Shown here in pieces: positions 56,800-64,000 of a stretch of DNA of 64,000 bases. This stretch comes from Lachnospiraceae bacterium (GTDB taxonomy: Bacteria > Bacillota > Clostridia > Lachnospirales > Lachnospiraceae), in contig JAFSXC010000058.1 of the NCBI GenBank assembly GCA_017450105.1, forward strand, positions 665 to 64,664. The letters are read 5' to 3'. The translations under genes were made by a program, and so were the position numbers. The first letter of the stretch is position 1, and the number at the start of each line of letters is the position of its first letter. The notes below the pieces were generated by a model, which was not told the DNA's origin, searched no databases, and was given only the letters and a program-made list of their open reading frames with translations.

Positions 56800-57054
56800 T
56801 CCACCAAACCGCCGCAACCCGCCTTCTCGGCAATTCTACGAGGGGCCAAAAGTACTACATTCTGTAAAGAACTTATCACCGTCAGAGGCGCTGATGTGGT
56901 AGCAAACGAAAAGACCGCCCCTCTCCCCTCGCCGTTAGTCTGGCTAATCTATGGACGGTCCTCTCTGCGGTGCTTACTTCTTTTCAAGCATATCAGCTGT
57001 AACTGTAACTGTAAATGAAGTTCTGTACAAACCACCCATCAGGGAAGAGCAACA

Positions 57055-57360
57055 TCACAGAAACCTCCCATAATCGATCTCTTCCTCAATAACCGCCATA
57101 GCATAATGACCCTTGATCTCTGATTGGTGTTCGAAACCCTTCCTGGTCTTATACGTGATCGGTTCCTTCAGGAGCTTGATCTTCCCTGTCTTGATCTCTT
57201 CATATCCGTACAGAACGGCATACGGAAGATGGCCAATACAGTCTATCGGTGTCTGCCTGATTTCCTCTGCTCGTTCGATCGCCTGATGGAGTTCTCCATC
57301 GGTCGCGTTTGAAGTGTAATACGCAGGAGAGTTTCGCTTGAATTCTACGATGTTATCCAT
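57055..57360 (-). CDS. Hypothetical 101-aa protein (orphan)
   Basis: A clean ORF, MDNIVEFKRNSPAYYTSNATDGELHQAIERAEEIRQTPIDCIGHLPYAVLYGYEEIKTGK..., with its own consensus promoter. No family recognised. Confidence 0.6.
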   Translation of the reverse strand: MDNIVEFKRNSPAYYTSNATDGELHQAIERAEEIRQTPIDCIGHLPYAVLYGYEEIKTGKIKLLKEPITYKTRKGFEHQSEIKGHYAMAVIEEEIDYGRFL

Positions 57361-57379
57361 GGCTGCTTACCTCTTCTCC

Positions 57380-57408
57380 AGTATACGCTCTGAGGGAGGG
57401 GATGTCAA
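57380..57408 (-). promoter_or_regulatory. Consensus sigma-A promoter for the 101-aa gene
   Basis: Minus strand TTGACA (57408-03), 17 nt, TATACT (57385-80). Confidence 0.65.
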
Positions 57409-57616
57409 AGCGCCGCGGAGGGTATTAGTGGGGTTCTGTACAATACACAATTCCCGCGCTCCATCCTTGTCTACTGTGCGTATTGCGTTCTGTGGCGTTC
57501 AGAGCCATTAATGTGACAGAACAGAACAACGCACAGTCCGCCGCTTCTCCATCAGGGGATGGGGGAGTGGACGGTCTGGAGGAAGAATCGAATGGCAGCA
57601 TGCCGCCTTGGAGGAG

Positions 57617-57645
57617 TTGACAGAACGGAGATTAGAGCGTATATT
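57617..57645 (+). promoter_or_regulatory. Near-consensus promoter of a candidate small RNA
   Basis: TTGACA (57617-22), 17 nt, TATATT (57640-45). No ORF follows. Confidence 0.55.
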
Positions 57646-57651
57646 GACAAT

Positions 57652-57744
57652 ATAAAGGTGCTACCGCAGTACAAGCGGTTAGTCCGGAATTATTAGCGTT
57701 ATAGCCGCCAAAAGTTTCCTAGGCTCAGGCGGCTATTTTCGTTT
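57652..57744 (+). ncRNA. Candidate ~90-nt antisense sRNA (putative type I antitoxin)
   Basis: Bounded by the promoter above and the hairpin ATAGCCGCC-N18-GGCGGCTAT (57701-36) plus TTTCGTTT. The 3' end is antisense to the end of the 27-aa ORF. Confidence 0.4.
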
Positions 57745-57816
57745 ACCTATCTCAAAGAAGAGAATGGAAACTGTTGCTAACATGATAACGAACTGAATCA
57801 AGTCAGAAGTATTCAT
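57733..57816 (-). CDS. Candidate 27-aa hydrophobic peptide (type I toxin / Hol-Tox-like)
   Basis: Own translation: MNTSDLIQFVIMLATVSILFFEIGKRK. GAGGG lies 8 nt upstream of the ATG. One TM-length hydrophobic core with a basic tail. Confidence 0.35.
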   Translation of the reverse strand: MNTSDLIQFVIMLATVSILFFEIGKRK

Positions 57817-57975
57817 AAGCAACACCCTCTCTGATGTATTCCCTTGCGGGTTATATCTTATCGGGGCTTGTACTCCCCGGAGAGGACTAACCGTCTACCT
57901 ACAATAGCACCACCAACAGCATACCATTACGCATCAGCATCCGCTAGGGTGCTCTTTTTATGTCAGGAGGCTCTG

Positions 57976-58420
57976 ATGGAACTGATCTACAACGGAACGG
58001 ACATAACGGATGATGTGCGGATCCTCCGCGCCGAATACGAGTGTTTCCTTGGAGAGCACGCAGACAGGTTAAGGATAGTCATCGACTCCTCCGACGAAGC
58101 AACCTCCGGCTGGGGCTTCGCTCCGGGCGATACGTCAAAGCCAAGCTGGAGAGGTCTGTGTAAGGAACCTGCTCTCGATCGTGCAGGGAGAAAACCCCTA
58201 CGAGCGCTCCAAAGGCCTCTCGGCATCCCTGACGGATACGCCGGTAACCTCTGCCGGAATCGTCGCTGCGGAGGTTGGACAGGTTCTGGAGGAGTACGAG
58301 CCACGGATGGATGAGGAGGATATAGAACTCACCGTCAGAGATGTGCTAACAGAGGCGTATATGCTCCATGCTGACGTGGGGAGATGTTGTTATGGACGGA
58401 AAGCTTGTTGCATGATATGA
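57976..58420 (+). pseudogene. Degraded phage tail/baseplate genes (XkdQ-like N-terminus joined to a gp25/XkdS-like C-terminus)
   Basis: Frame 1 reads MELIYNGTDITDDVRILRAEYECFLGEHADRLRIVIDSSDEATSGWGFAPGD and then degenerates. Frame 2 (58181-58420) reads ...AEVGQVLEEYEPRMDEEDIELTV..., a gp25/W-type EPR motif. No intact neighbouring phage genes. Confidence 0.5.
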
Positions 58421-58448
58421 TGGATACATCAAATTCAGGGGGTTGTTT

Positions 58449-59927
58449 ATGAATACAAAGAGATTGCTAACGGTAGGTTTGTCCTTAATGATCCTTGTGT
58501 TGGCCACAGTCTTTATGGTTCCGATCGGCGTACAGGCTGCTGGAAAGGTAAAGCTTTCGAAGACCACGCTGACCTTTGACTCGCCATCGGCGAAGGCGCA
58601 GACCGTGAAGATTAAAAACGTGAAGAAGAAGAACGTGAAAAGCATCAGCGTTACAAACGTGTATGATAATATTATTGAGGTCCAAGCGAACAAAAATAAG
58701 CTGAAGCTTACAGTAACTCCCAAGGGAGAGGGAACCGCAGTTTCCGTGGTGATTTGCGTACGGTTTAAGAAGCCGGTGAATCATGATACGGAAGCATATC
58801 TTTATCTGGAAAACGTGACCGTAAAGGGAGGAGAGGATCCGTCTCCCGGTCCGCAGCCGGAAAAAGTAACGGCGATCTCCACGCCTGCGCAGCTTCAGGC
58901 AATGCAAAGCTATACAGCAGATCAGACCGTTTATGAGCTGGCCAACGATATCGATATGACCGGTCAGGAGCCGGTGAAGGGATACGGATACGGACTTTCC
59001 GACTTTGTTCTGGACGGAAAGGGATATACGATCAAATGCGATAGACCTGTGTTTCTGATCAATGAAGGAACCATCAGAAATGTTCATTTTGATCTGGATT
59101 TCCAGGCGAGGACTTCGGATAAAAGCAATCCGCTGACGGCGTTCTGGTCGGAGAGCTACGGCAACAACATCGGCCCGGTCATGACGAATAATGCGGCGGG
59201 AATACTTGAGAACTGTGTTTCTACGGGAACCATTGATATTACCTATGACGAAAAGATTGAGCAGAGAAATTATGACGGAAGCGATACGATTACTCTCGCT
59301 ATTGCCAAAGTAGGCGGGCTGACCGGTAGTAACGGATGCGGGTTGATTAAGAACTGCAAAAGCAGCGTTACGATCAAAATGACGTTTGGTAATTCCGATT
59401 TCGCCTATGTCGGAGGGATCGCGGGAGAAAACAGCGGAAATGAGTATCTGGACAATGGGGTCTTTGAATGCATCTTCGACGGAGATATTGTTCTGATGGA
59501 TAACATGATGGCCAGTGCCGGGGGGATCAGCGGCTCCTCCTCTGGCGATGTAAGAGACTGCCTGAATACAGGCTCCGTTCGGATTCCGGATGGCGCATAC
59601 GCGAATTTGGGAGCCGGAATTATCGGTATTGGGAGCCGTTCCGGTTCGGTGGAAAGGTGCCTTTCTACAGGAGGTGTGGATTGTGGTTTATATGGCTATG
59701 TCGTTTCCGTAGAGTCGTTGGAAAACGTTATGCCGACCTTTACGGATGCGTATTATCTCATCTCAAAATCGGACGGATTTAATTACCTGCCCGAAGCCTT
59801 TGCCGTCCCGGGCACCAAAGGAATCACCGATGAAGAGCTTCTTGACGAAGCGACCTTTACTGGCTTTGACTTTACCAATGTTTGGGAAATGGGAGCGAAC
59901 GGGCCGAGGCTTAAGAATTTGTCATAG
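58449..59927 (+). CDS. Secreted GLUG-motif protein (adhesin/protease-associated repeat)
   Basis: Signal peptide, an Ig-like N-terminal domain, a PSPGPQPE linker, then repeated GLUG-type units (VGGLTGSNGCGLIKNC, VGGIAGENSGN, AGGISGSSSGDVRDC, GAGIIGIGSRSGSVERC). Confidence 0.75.
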   Translation: MNTKRLLTVGLSLMILVLATVFMVPIGVQAAGKVKLSKTTLTFDSPSAKAQTVKIKNVKKKNVKSISVTNVYDNIIEVQANKNKLKLTVTPKGEGTAVSVVICVRFKKPVNHDTEAYLYLENVTVKGGEDPSPGPQPEKVTAISTPAQLQAMQSYTADQTVYELANDIDMTGQEPVKGYGYGLSDFVLDGKGYTIKCDRPVFLINEGTIRNVHFDLDFQARTSDKSNPLTAFWSESYGNNIGPVMTNNAAGILENCVSTGTIDITYDEKIEQRNYDGSDTITLAIAKVGGLTGSNGCGLIKNCKSSVTIKMTFGNSDFAYVGGIAGENSGNEYLDNGVFECIFDGDIVLMDNMMASAGGISGSSSGDVRDCLNTGSVRIPDGAYANLGAGIIGIGSRSGSVERCLSTGGVDCGLYGYVVSVESLENVMPTFTDAYYLISKSDGFNYLPEAFAVPGTKGITDEELLDEATFTGFDFTNVWEMGANGPRLKNLS

Positions 59928-60110
59928 AATTGTAAACGTGCTCCTATCACAAATGATTGACAGCAGTATCATGATTTCATGGGATCGTATGTGGAAACTG
60001 GTGCTGCGGTAACCGGGTTGTGAAGGTGGGATGATCGGATTTGCTCCGTCAGGGATCATACCTTGGCGGGGCTTTTCTTCCCCCATGCTCGATGTGATTA
60101 CCCCTTAAAC

Positions 60111-60290
60111 CTGTCGTTTTCGGGACATACATATTTCCGAGAGACCTTATAAAATGGGACTTCTTAACGGGGTCCCATTTTCTATGCTCTGAAAACCAAA
60201 CTGATGTTTGCGACTATTGCAGCATGAATCCCGAATTTCCTGCAATGACCGGGAGAATTTATCTGTCGGGATTGGACACGCTTTCATTCC
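60111..60290. repeat. Repeat Y, paralog of repeat X
   Basis: CTGTCGTTTTCGGGACAT (60111-28), hairpin AAATGGGAC-N11-GTCCCATTT (60152-80), CTCTGAAAACCAAACTGATGTTT...CCCGAATTTC...TCTGTCGGGATTGGACACG. Confidence 0.5.
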
Positions 60291-60309
60291 TATAGATTTT
60301 TCACACCCC

Positions 60310-60338
60310 TTGCGCAAGAATATGTTTTATTTTATAAT
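60310..60338 (+). promoter_or_regulatory. Promoter for the NUDIX gene
   Basis: TTGCGC (60310-15), 17 nt, TATAAT (60333-38). The -35 region lies within TTCACACCCCTTGCGCAAG, which resembles the left core of the dispersed repeat. Confidence 0.55.
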
Positions 60339-60383
60339 GGTTTTCAGTATGTACACCGTTTGCTGAAGAGAAGGAGTTGCATT

Positions 60384-60836
60384 ATGATCGAAGCAACGAG
60401 TTGTGGCGGTGTAGTCATTTTTCGAGGAAAGATACTGGTGCTTTATAAAAACTACCGGAACCGGTATGAGGGCTGGGTCCTCCCCAAGGGAACCGTTGAG
60501 GCGGGGGAGCAGCATGAGGATACCGCGCTTCGGGAGGTGAAGGAGGAAACCGGCGTTTCGGCGAAGATCATGCGCTACGTCGGGGTCAGCAACTATACCT
60601 TCCAGGTCCCGGAGGATCTGGTGGAGAAAAATGTGCATTGGTATCTGATGATGTCGGACAGCTATTACAGCAAGCCACAACGGGAAGAATTTTTTGTGGA
60701 TTCCGGGTATTACAAATACCATGAAGCCTACCATCTTCTGAAATTTGCCAATGAAAAACAGATTCTGGAGAAAGCCTGGCAGGAATATCTGGATATGCGC
60801 AGGAATAATCTTTGGAAGAGATACCGGGAAGCATAG
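60384..60836 (+). CDS. NUDIX hydrolase
   Basis: Nudix box GWVLPKGTVEAGEQHEDTALREVKEETGV. GAAGGAG RBS. Confidence 0.85.
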   Translation: MIEATSCGGVVIFRGKILVLYKNYRNRYEGWVLPKGTVEAGEQHEDTALREVKEETGVSAKIMRYVGVSNYTFQVPEDLVEKNVHWYLMMSDSYYSKPQREEFFVDSGYYKYHEAYHLLKFANEKQILEKAWQEYLDMRRNNLWKRYREA

Positions 60837-60839
60837 CCT

Positions 60840-61169
60840 ATGCATTGGGGAAAGGATCTTTACGTCGGAGACAGTATAAAGAATCGCAAAAAAGCGGTGA
60901 TAAAAAGCGTTGAAGCGGAAAAGGACGGATCGTTGATCTTGATCTGTCTTTCCCTGAATCCCGAGGAACAACTGGACCTCTTTCCCGCGCGGGTCGTTTT
61001 TTCCTATGAATGGCTGAAGGAAGAGCTTAAGATCGTCGGGATCGCGGCGGACCGGGAGGAAGCCTTTGAAACGGTGCGGCGGATGTCGGAGGATGCCGTG
61101 ACCAAAACCGGGGACGGAAATTTGCGGGGACTGTTTACGAACGGGGAGAATCTGGAGGAAACAGATTAG
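60840..61169 (+). CDS. Hypothetical protein, 109 aa
   Basis: An ORF tightly packed between NUDIX and the ytfI-like gene. No family recognised. Confidence 0.5.
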   Translation: MHWGKDLYVGDSIKNRKKAVIKSVEAEKDGSLILICLSLNPEEQLDLFPARVVFSYEWLKEELKIVGIAADREEAFETVRRMSEDAVTKTGDGNLRGLFTNGENLEETD

Positions 61170-61173
61170 GACT

Positions 61174-62052
61174 ATGCCGACCGCTCTTTTGATTCTGAAA
61201 ACAATCTTAAAGGTTGCTCTGATCGCCTTGCTGGTCTTTCTGGCTCTGATTCTGCTGCTTTTGTTTTTCCCGTTTTTCTACCGGGTGGATATCAAGGGGA
61301 ACGGGTCCTTCCGGATCAAGGTGAACCTGCACTGGTTGTTCTATGTGCTCTATCTGTCGGCGGTGTTTACCTTCGGAGAAGACAAGGCGCCGCCTCTTGT
61401 GATCCTTCGGATCTTCGGGATACCGATCCAGCTCCGGCCGAAGAAGGAAAAGAAAAAGAAGAGAAAGCGCAAAAAGGAAGAGCCTGAGGAAGCCGAAGAA
61501 GGAAAGAATACGGAGGAAAATCCGCCTTCGGAGAAGCCCGAAAAGGAGGCTGCTTCCGAAGAGACGGAGCAGGATCCCGGGCAGATCTCCTCGGAGGATG
61601 CGGGCAGCACGGACGGGGCTGCCAAAACGGAGGATAAGGACAGCGAGGACGAAGATCCCAAGGCAAAGAAAGCGAAGGCTCCCGGAAAGCTCGAAAAGCT
61701 GATCGCGGCGTTTAAGGATGAGAGAAACAAAGCGGCGATAAAGCATCTTATCGAGGAGCTGAAAAAGCTGTTTTCCCATTACAAGCCCCGGAAGATTCGC
61801 ATGAATTTCGTGTTTTCCACCGGAGATCCGGCGAATACCGGAAAGCTTACCGGCATCCTTTCGCTCGTTCCTTACGTCTATCAGCGGGGAAACAGGGTGA
61901 TCCCGGATTTTGAAGCGGACAAGGCTTATCTGAAAGGGAAGGCGTCGATCCGGGGCCATATGATCCTGTTCTTCGCGCTGGCCATGCTGATCAGGCTCTT
62001 AAAGGACAGGAATTTCAGGAGAATGATCCGAAAGAGAAAAGGAGGAAAATAA
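61174..62052 (+). CDS. ytfI: DUF2953 / YtfI-like sporulation protein
   Basis: N-terminal TM segment and a highly charged K/E-rich middle. The position directly upstream of a GerW/YtfJ gene matches the Bacillus ytfI-ytfJ pair. Confidence 0.6.
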   Translation: MPTALLILKTILKVALIALLVFLALILLLLFFPFFYRVDIKGNGSFRIKVNLHWLFYVLYLSAVFTFGEDKAPPLVILRIFGIPIQLRPKKEKKKKRKRKKEEPEEAEEGKNTEENPPSEKPEKEAASEETEQDPGQISSEDAGSTDGAAKTEDKDSEDEDPKAKKAKAPGKLEKLIAAFKDERNKAAIKHLIEELKKLFSHYKPRKIRMNFVFSTGDPANTGKLTGILSLVPYVYQRGNRVIPDFEADKAYLKGKASIRGHMILFFALAMLIRLLKDRNFRRMIRKRKGGK

Positions 62053-62460
62053 ATGGCTAATTCATTCAACGAAACAGTAAACGCCCTGCTTAAGGGAATG
62101 GACGGGTTCATGTCCACAAAGACCGTGGTCGGCGAACCCATGCATGTGGACGGAACGATCATTATCCCGCTGGCGGATGTTTCCTTTGGAATCGGGGCCG
62201 GGGCCTTTGAAAAGGACAAATCCAATAACGGCGGCGGCGGTATGGGCGGAAAAATCCAGCCGGCTGCGCTGCTCGTGATCAGGGACGGCGTATCCAAGCT
62301 CGTATCGATAAAAGAGGGAAATGACGGCATGGGCAAGATCCTGGACCTGGTGCCGGATATTATCGGAAAGCTTACCTCGAAGAAGGGGAAGAAGGGCGAG
62401 AAGGAAGAAGAAAAAGCGGAGCTTCCTGCGGAAGCGGCTTCCGAGGAGGTCTCCGAATAA
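62053..62460 (+). CDS. ytfJ: GerW/YtfJ-family sporulation protein
   Basis: KTVVGEPMHVDGTIIIPLADVSFGIGAGAF...GGGGMGGKIQPAALLVI is typical of GerW/YtfJ. Confidence 0.8.
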   Translation: MANSFNETVNALLKGMDGFMSTKTVVGEPMHVDGTIIIPLADVSFGIGAGAFEKDKSNNGGGGMGGKIQPAALLVIRDGVSKLVSIKEGNDGMGKILDLVPDIIGKLTSKKGKKGEKEEEKAELPAEAASEEVSE

Positions 62461-62544
62461 GGCAGGCGGGACTCTGGCCGCAGGGAAACCGGAGATGTGA
62501 TCCGGGCGCCTTGCGGGAGAGGGCTGCAGCAAGAAAATTCGGAC

Positions 62545-62575
62545 AAAAAAAGACCGGCACACGCCGGTCTTTTTA
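62545..62575. terminator. Bidirectional intrinsic terminator between ytfJ and rpmB
   Basis: An A-run, AGACCGGC-ACAC-GCCGGTCT, then a T-run. Confidence 0.85.
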
Positions 62576-62585
62576 TTTGTGCTTT

Positions 62586-62771
62586 CTAGGCTCTCTCAAC
62601 TTTTCCGGACTTTAAGCACTGCGCACAGACATAAAGTCTCTTCGGAGTCCCGTTCACCTTGCATCTCACAGATTTAATATTGGATTTCCACATATGGTTG
62701 GATCTTCTATGAGAATGGCTCACGTTGTTTCCGTAATGAGCGCCTTTCTCGCAAATCGCGCATTTCGCCAT
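62586..62771 (-). CDS. rpmB: 50S ribosomal protein L28
   Basis: MAKCAICEKGAHYGNNVSHSHRRSNHMWKSNIK. GGGAGGTG RBS. The ORF-track GTG at 62780 is an upstream extension. Confidence 0.95.
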   Translation of the reverse strand: MAKCAICEKGAHYGNNVSHSHRRSNHMWKSNIKSVRCKVNGTPKRLYVCAQCLKSGKVERA

Positions 62772-62829
62772 GATTCTCACCTCCCGGTCTTCCTGATTTC
62801 AACTCCCCTTCGGAGCTGACAACACCCAT

Positions 62830-62858
62830 ATCATAACAGAAGGAGGGCAGGGATGCAA
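62830..62858 (-). promoter_or_regulatory. Promoter for rpmB
   Basis: Minus strand TTGCAT (62858-53), 17 nt, TATGAT (62835-30). Confidence 0.6.
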
Positions 62859-62896
62859 GAATTTTTTGTACTTTTTATCGGGGCTCGGGAATTGAC

Positions 62897-63165
62897 GTTA
62901 CTGTTCACACCCTAATGTCAGTAACTTAAGCAAATCTACATGTTGGCGTCGCTTCCGTAAGCCATCTCCCAGACTCTGTGCGCGCGGGGCCCCGCGATAG
63001 TATCGGCCACCCGGAAAATAACGGTCCCCCCCCCGTGCTCGGTCCGGGGCCCTCTTACTCGCGCTCCGAGGGACGTTTTGGGCTTAAGTTACTGACATTG
63101 GTTCACACCCCTTGCGGCAACGGGCGGCTTCAAAAAGCGCGGCCCTGCCAAGTGTGAACAGTAAC
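62897..63165. repeat. Copy B of the dispersed palindromic repeat, interrupted by a nested insertion
   Basis: The arms GTTACTGTTCACAC (62897-910) and GTGTGAACAGTAAC (63152-65) are perfect 14-bp inverted repeats. The core CCTTGCGGCAACGGGCGG...CGGCCCTGCCAA matches copy A. Confidence 0.65.
62913..63100. mobile_element. 188-bp MITE-like insertion with 18/19-bp terminal inverted repeats and a 10-bp direct duplication
   Basis: The TIRs are TAATGTCAGTAACTTAAGC (62913-31) and GCTTAAGTTACTGACATTG (63082-100). They are flanked on both sides by GTTCACACCC (62903-12 and 63101-10). There is no ORF inside. Confidence 0.55.
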
Positions 63166-63205
63166 GTTTCGGGTATATAATGGTCACTATTTTGCGGTCG
63201 GGCTG

Positions 63206-63234
63206 TTGACAGGGCCTGTATGTTGTGCTAGTTT
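63206..63234 (+). promoter_or_regulatory. Promoter for the Big_2 surface protein gene
   Basis: TTGACA (63206-11), 17 nt, TAGTTT preceded by TGC (extended -10). Confidence 0.4.
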
Positions 63235-63295
63235 AATTATTAAATAGAGCCATAATAATATAGGGGAATAAGGAGAGAACAGGAAATGTTGAGAA

Positions 63296-64000
63296 AAGCT
63301 TTGATAAAAGGGGTGCGGTCTGCGGTTGTGTCCTTGCTGACGGCCGGTATGCTGGCTTCGCCGGTGCTTACTATGGCGGAGGAGATTGGAACAGAGGATA
63401 TGGAGGCGGCTGCTTCGGCAGAGACGGAAGCGGCTGAATCGACAGAGGAAACGGAGGAGCTTTCGCAGCCGCTGGAGGCCGGGGTGAAGGTTACGAGTAT
63501 TGATATTATCGGACCGGTCACGATGGCGGTCGGAGCCTCCCAGCAGTTATCGGCTTATGTTCTTCCGGAAAACGCCGAAAACAAAGAGGTGGAATGGGAG
63601 TCCGGAAATGTCAAGGTGGCTACGGTGGACTCGAAGGGAATTGTGACCCCGAAAACCGACGGCACGGTTACGATCTACGCCAGGGCAAAGGACGGAAGCG
63701 GTGTCCGGGGAGAACTGGAGATTACCGTCGGAGCCGTGAAGGTGAAGAGCATTCTGGTGAACGGGACCGAAAAAACCATGGTACAGGGAGGCGCCTCCCA
63801 GCAGCTTACGGTTGAGATCGAGCCGTATAATGCGACGAATCCGAGTGTGAGCTGGAGAACGAGTGCGTCCAGCGTTGCTACGGTGGATGCCGCGGGGAAG
63901 GTAACGCCGGTGGGCCCCGGTTATGTGGATATCATTGCCATTGCGAAGGACGGGAGCAATGTAGAAGGAAAGTTTACGATCGAGGTGGCACCGAAGGCGA
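63296..64000 (+). CDS. Surface protein with tandem bacterial Ig-like (Big_2) domains, N-terminal 235 codons (continues past window end)
   Basis: Own translation from ATG 63296: MLRKALIKGVRSAVVSLLTAGMLASPVLTMA (signal peptide), an acidic linker, then three Big_2-like units (VGASQQLSAYVLPENAENKEVEWESGNVKVATVDSKGIVTP...). It is open to position 64000 and is absent from the ORF track because there is no stop codon. Confidence 0.75.

Noticed and set aside
56997-57014. (CTGTAA)x3 microsatellite downstream of the LRR gene.
   Set aside because: Only three units, intergenic, with no obvious link to a promoter spacer or reading frame. It is too short to call a phase-variation tract.
57450-57620. A 59-codon minus-strand ORF (MLPFDSSSRPSTPPSPDGEAADC...) and the hairpin CTGTGCGT...ACGCACAG (57473-57538), upstream of the 101-aa gene.
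   Set aside because: The ORF has no RBS and a low-complexity composition. The hairpin has a long irregular loop and no T-tract, so there is not enough evidence to call a feature.
52715-60383. A diversity-generating retroelement acting on the variable surface proteins.
   Set aside because: There is no reverse transcriptase gene, and I could find no template/variable repeat pair with adenine-specific mismatches.

Overview
A 64-kb window from a high-GC Firmicute, probably a Clostridia/Lachnospiraceae-type genome. That placement is inferred from gene content: an Rnf complex, YtfI/YtfJ sporulation proteins, the cmk-ispH-rpsA neighbourhood and a Na+-pumping biotin decarboxylase. About 55 protein genes are present, nearly all on the + strand, and most are core housekeeping. 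In order they are: pheA; a DUF815 ATPase; ppx-ppk1 plus a large membrane protein; L20 leader-infC-rpmI-rplT; galE; rimP-nusA-ylxR-ylxQ-infB-rbfA-nrnA-truB-ribF; an SH3+NlpC/P60 hydrolase; rpsO-pnp; a metallophosphoesterase; scpA-scpB; a five-gene membrane biotin-decarboxylase operon; a GGDEF protein; a BaiN-like flavoprotein; cmk-ispH-rpsA; an orphan cheR; rnfCDGEAB directly followed by a sugar-binding-domain GGDEF protein; convergent apbE; ruvAB; zapA, a U32 peptidase, an FtsW/RodA-family protein and a PBP; NUDIX; ytfI/ytfJ-like genes; rpmB; and a Big_2 surface protein that runs off the end. I recognised no rRNA, tRNA or CRISPR array by eye. The only clearly accessory stretch is about 52.7-60.3 kb. 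It is visibly more AT-rich and holds four signal-peptide surface or adhesin-like proteins, three of which share a duplicated promoter/5'UTR/signal-peptide module. It also holds an orphan 101-aa gene, degraded phage-baseplate pseudogenes, a candidate type I toxin-antitoxin pair and several short repeat families. Elsewhere I see a dispersed palindromic intergenic repeat (2 full and 2 partial copies), one copy of which carries a nested MITE-like insertion with a 10-bp target duplication. There is also a 170-nt element closed by a 38-bp helix whose only mismatches are G.U pairs on the + strand. I found no complete known defence or mobile system. The candidates below come from reading the sequence and need computational or experimental checks.
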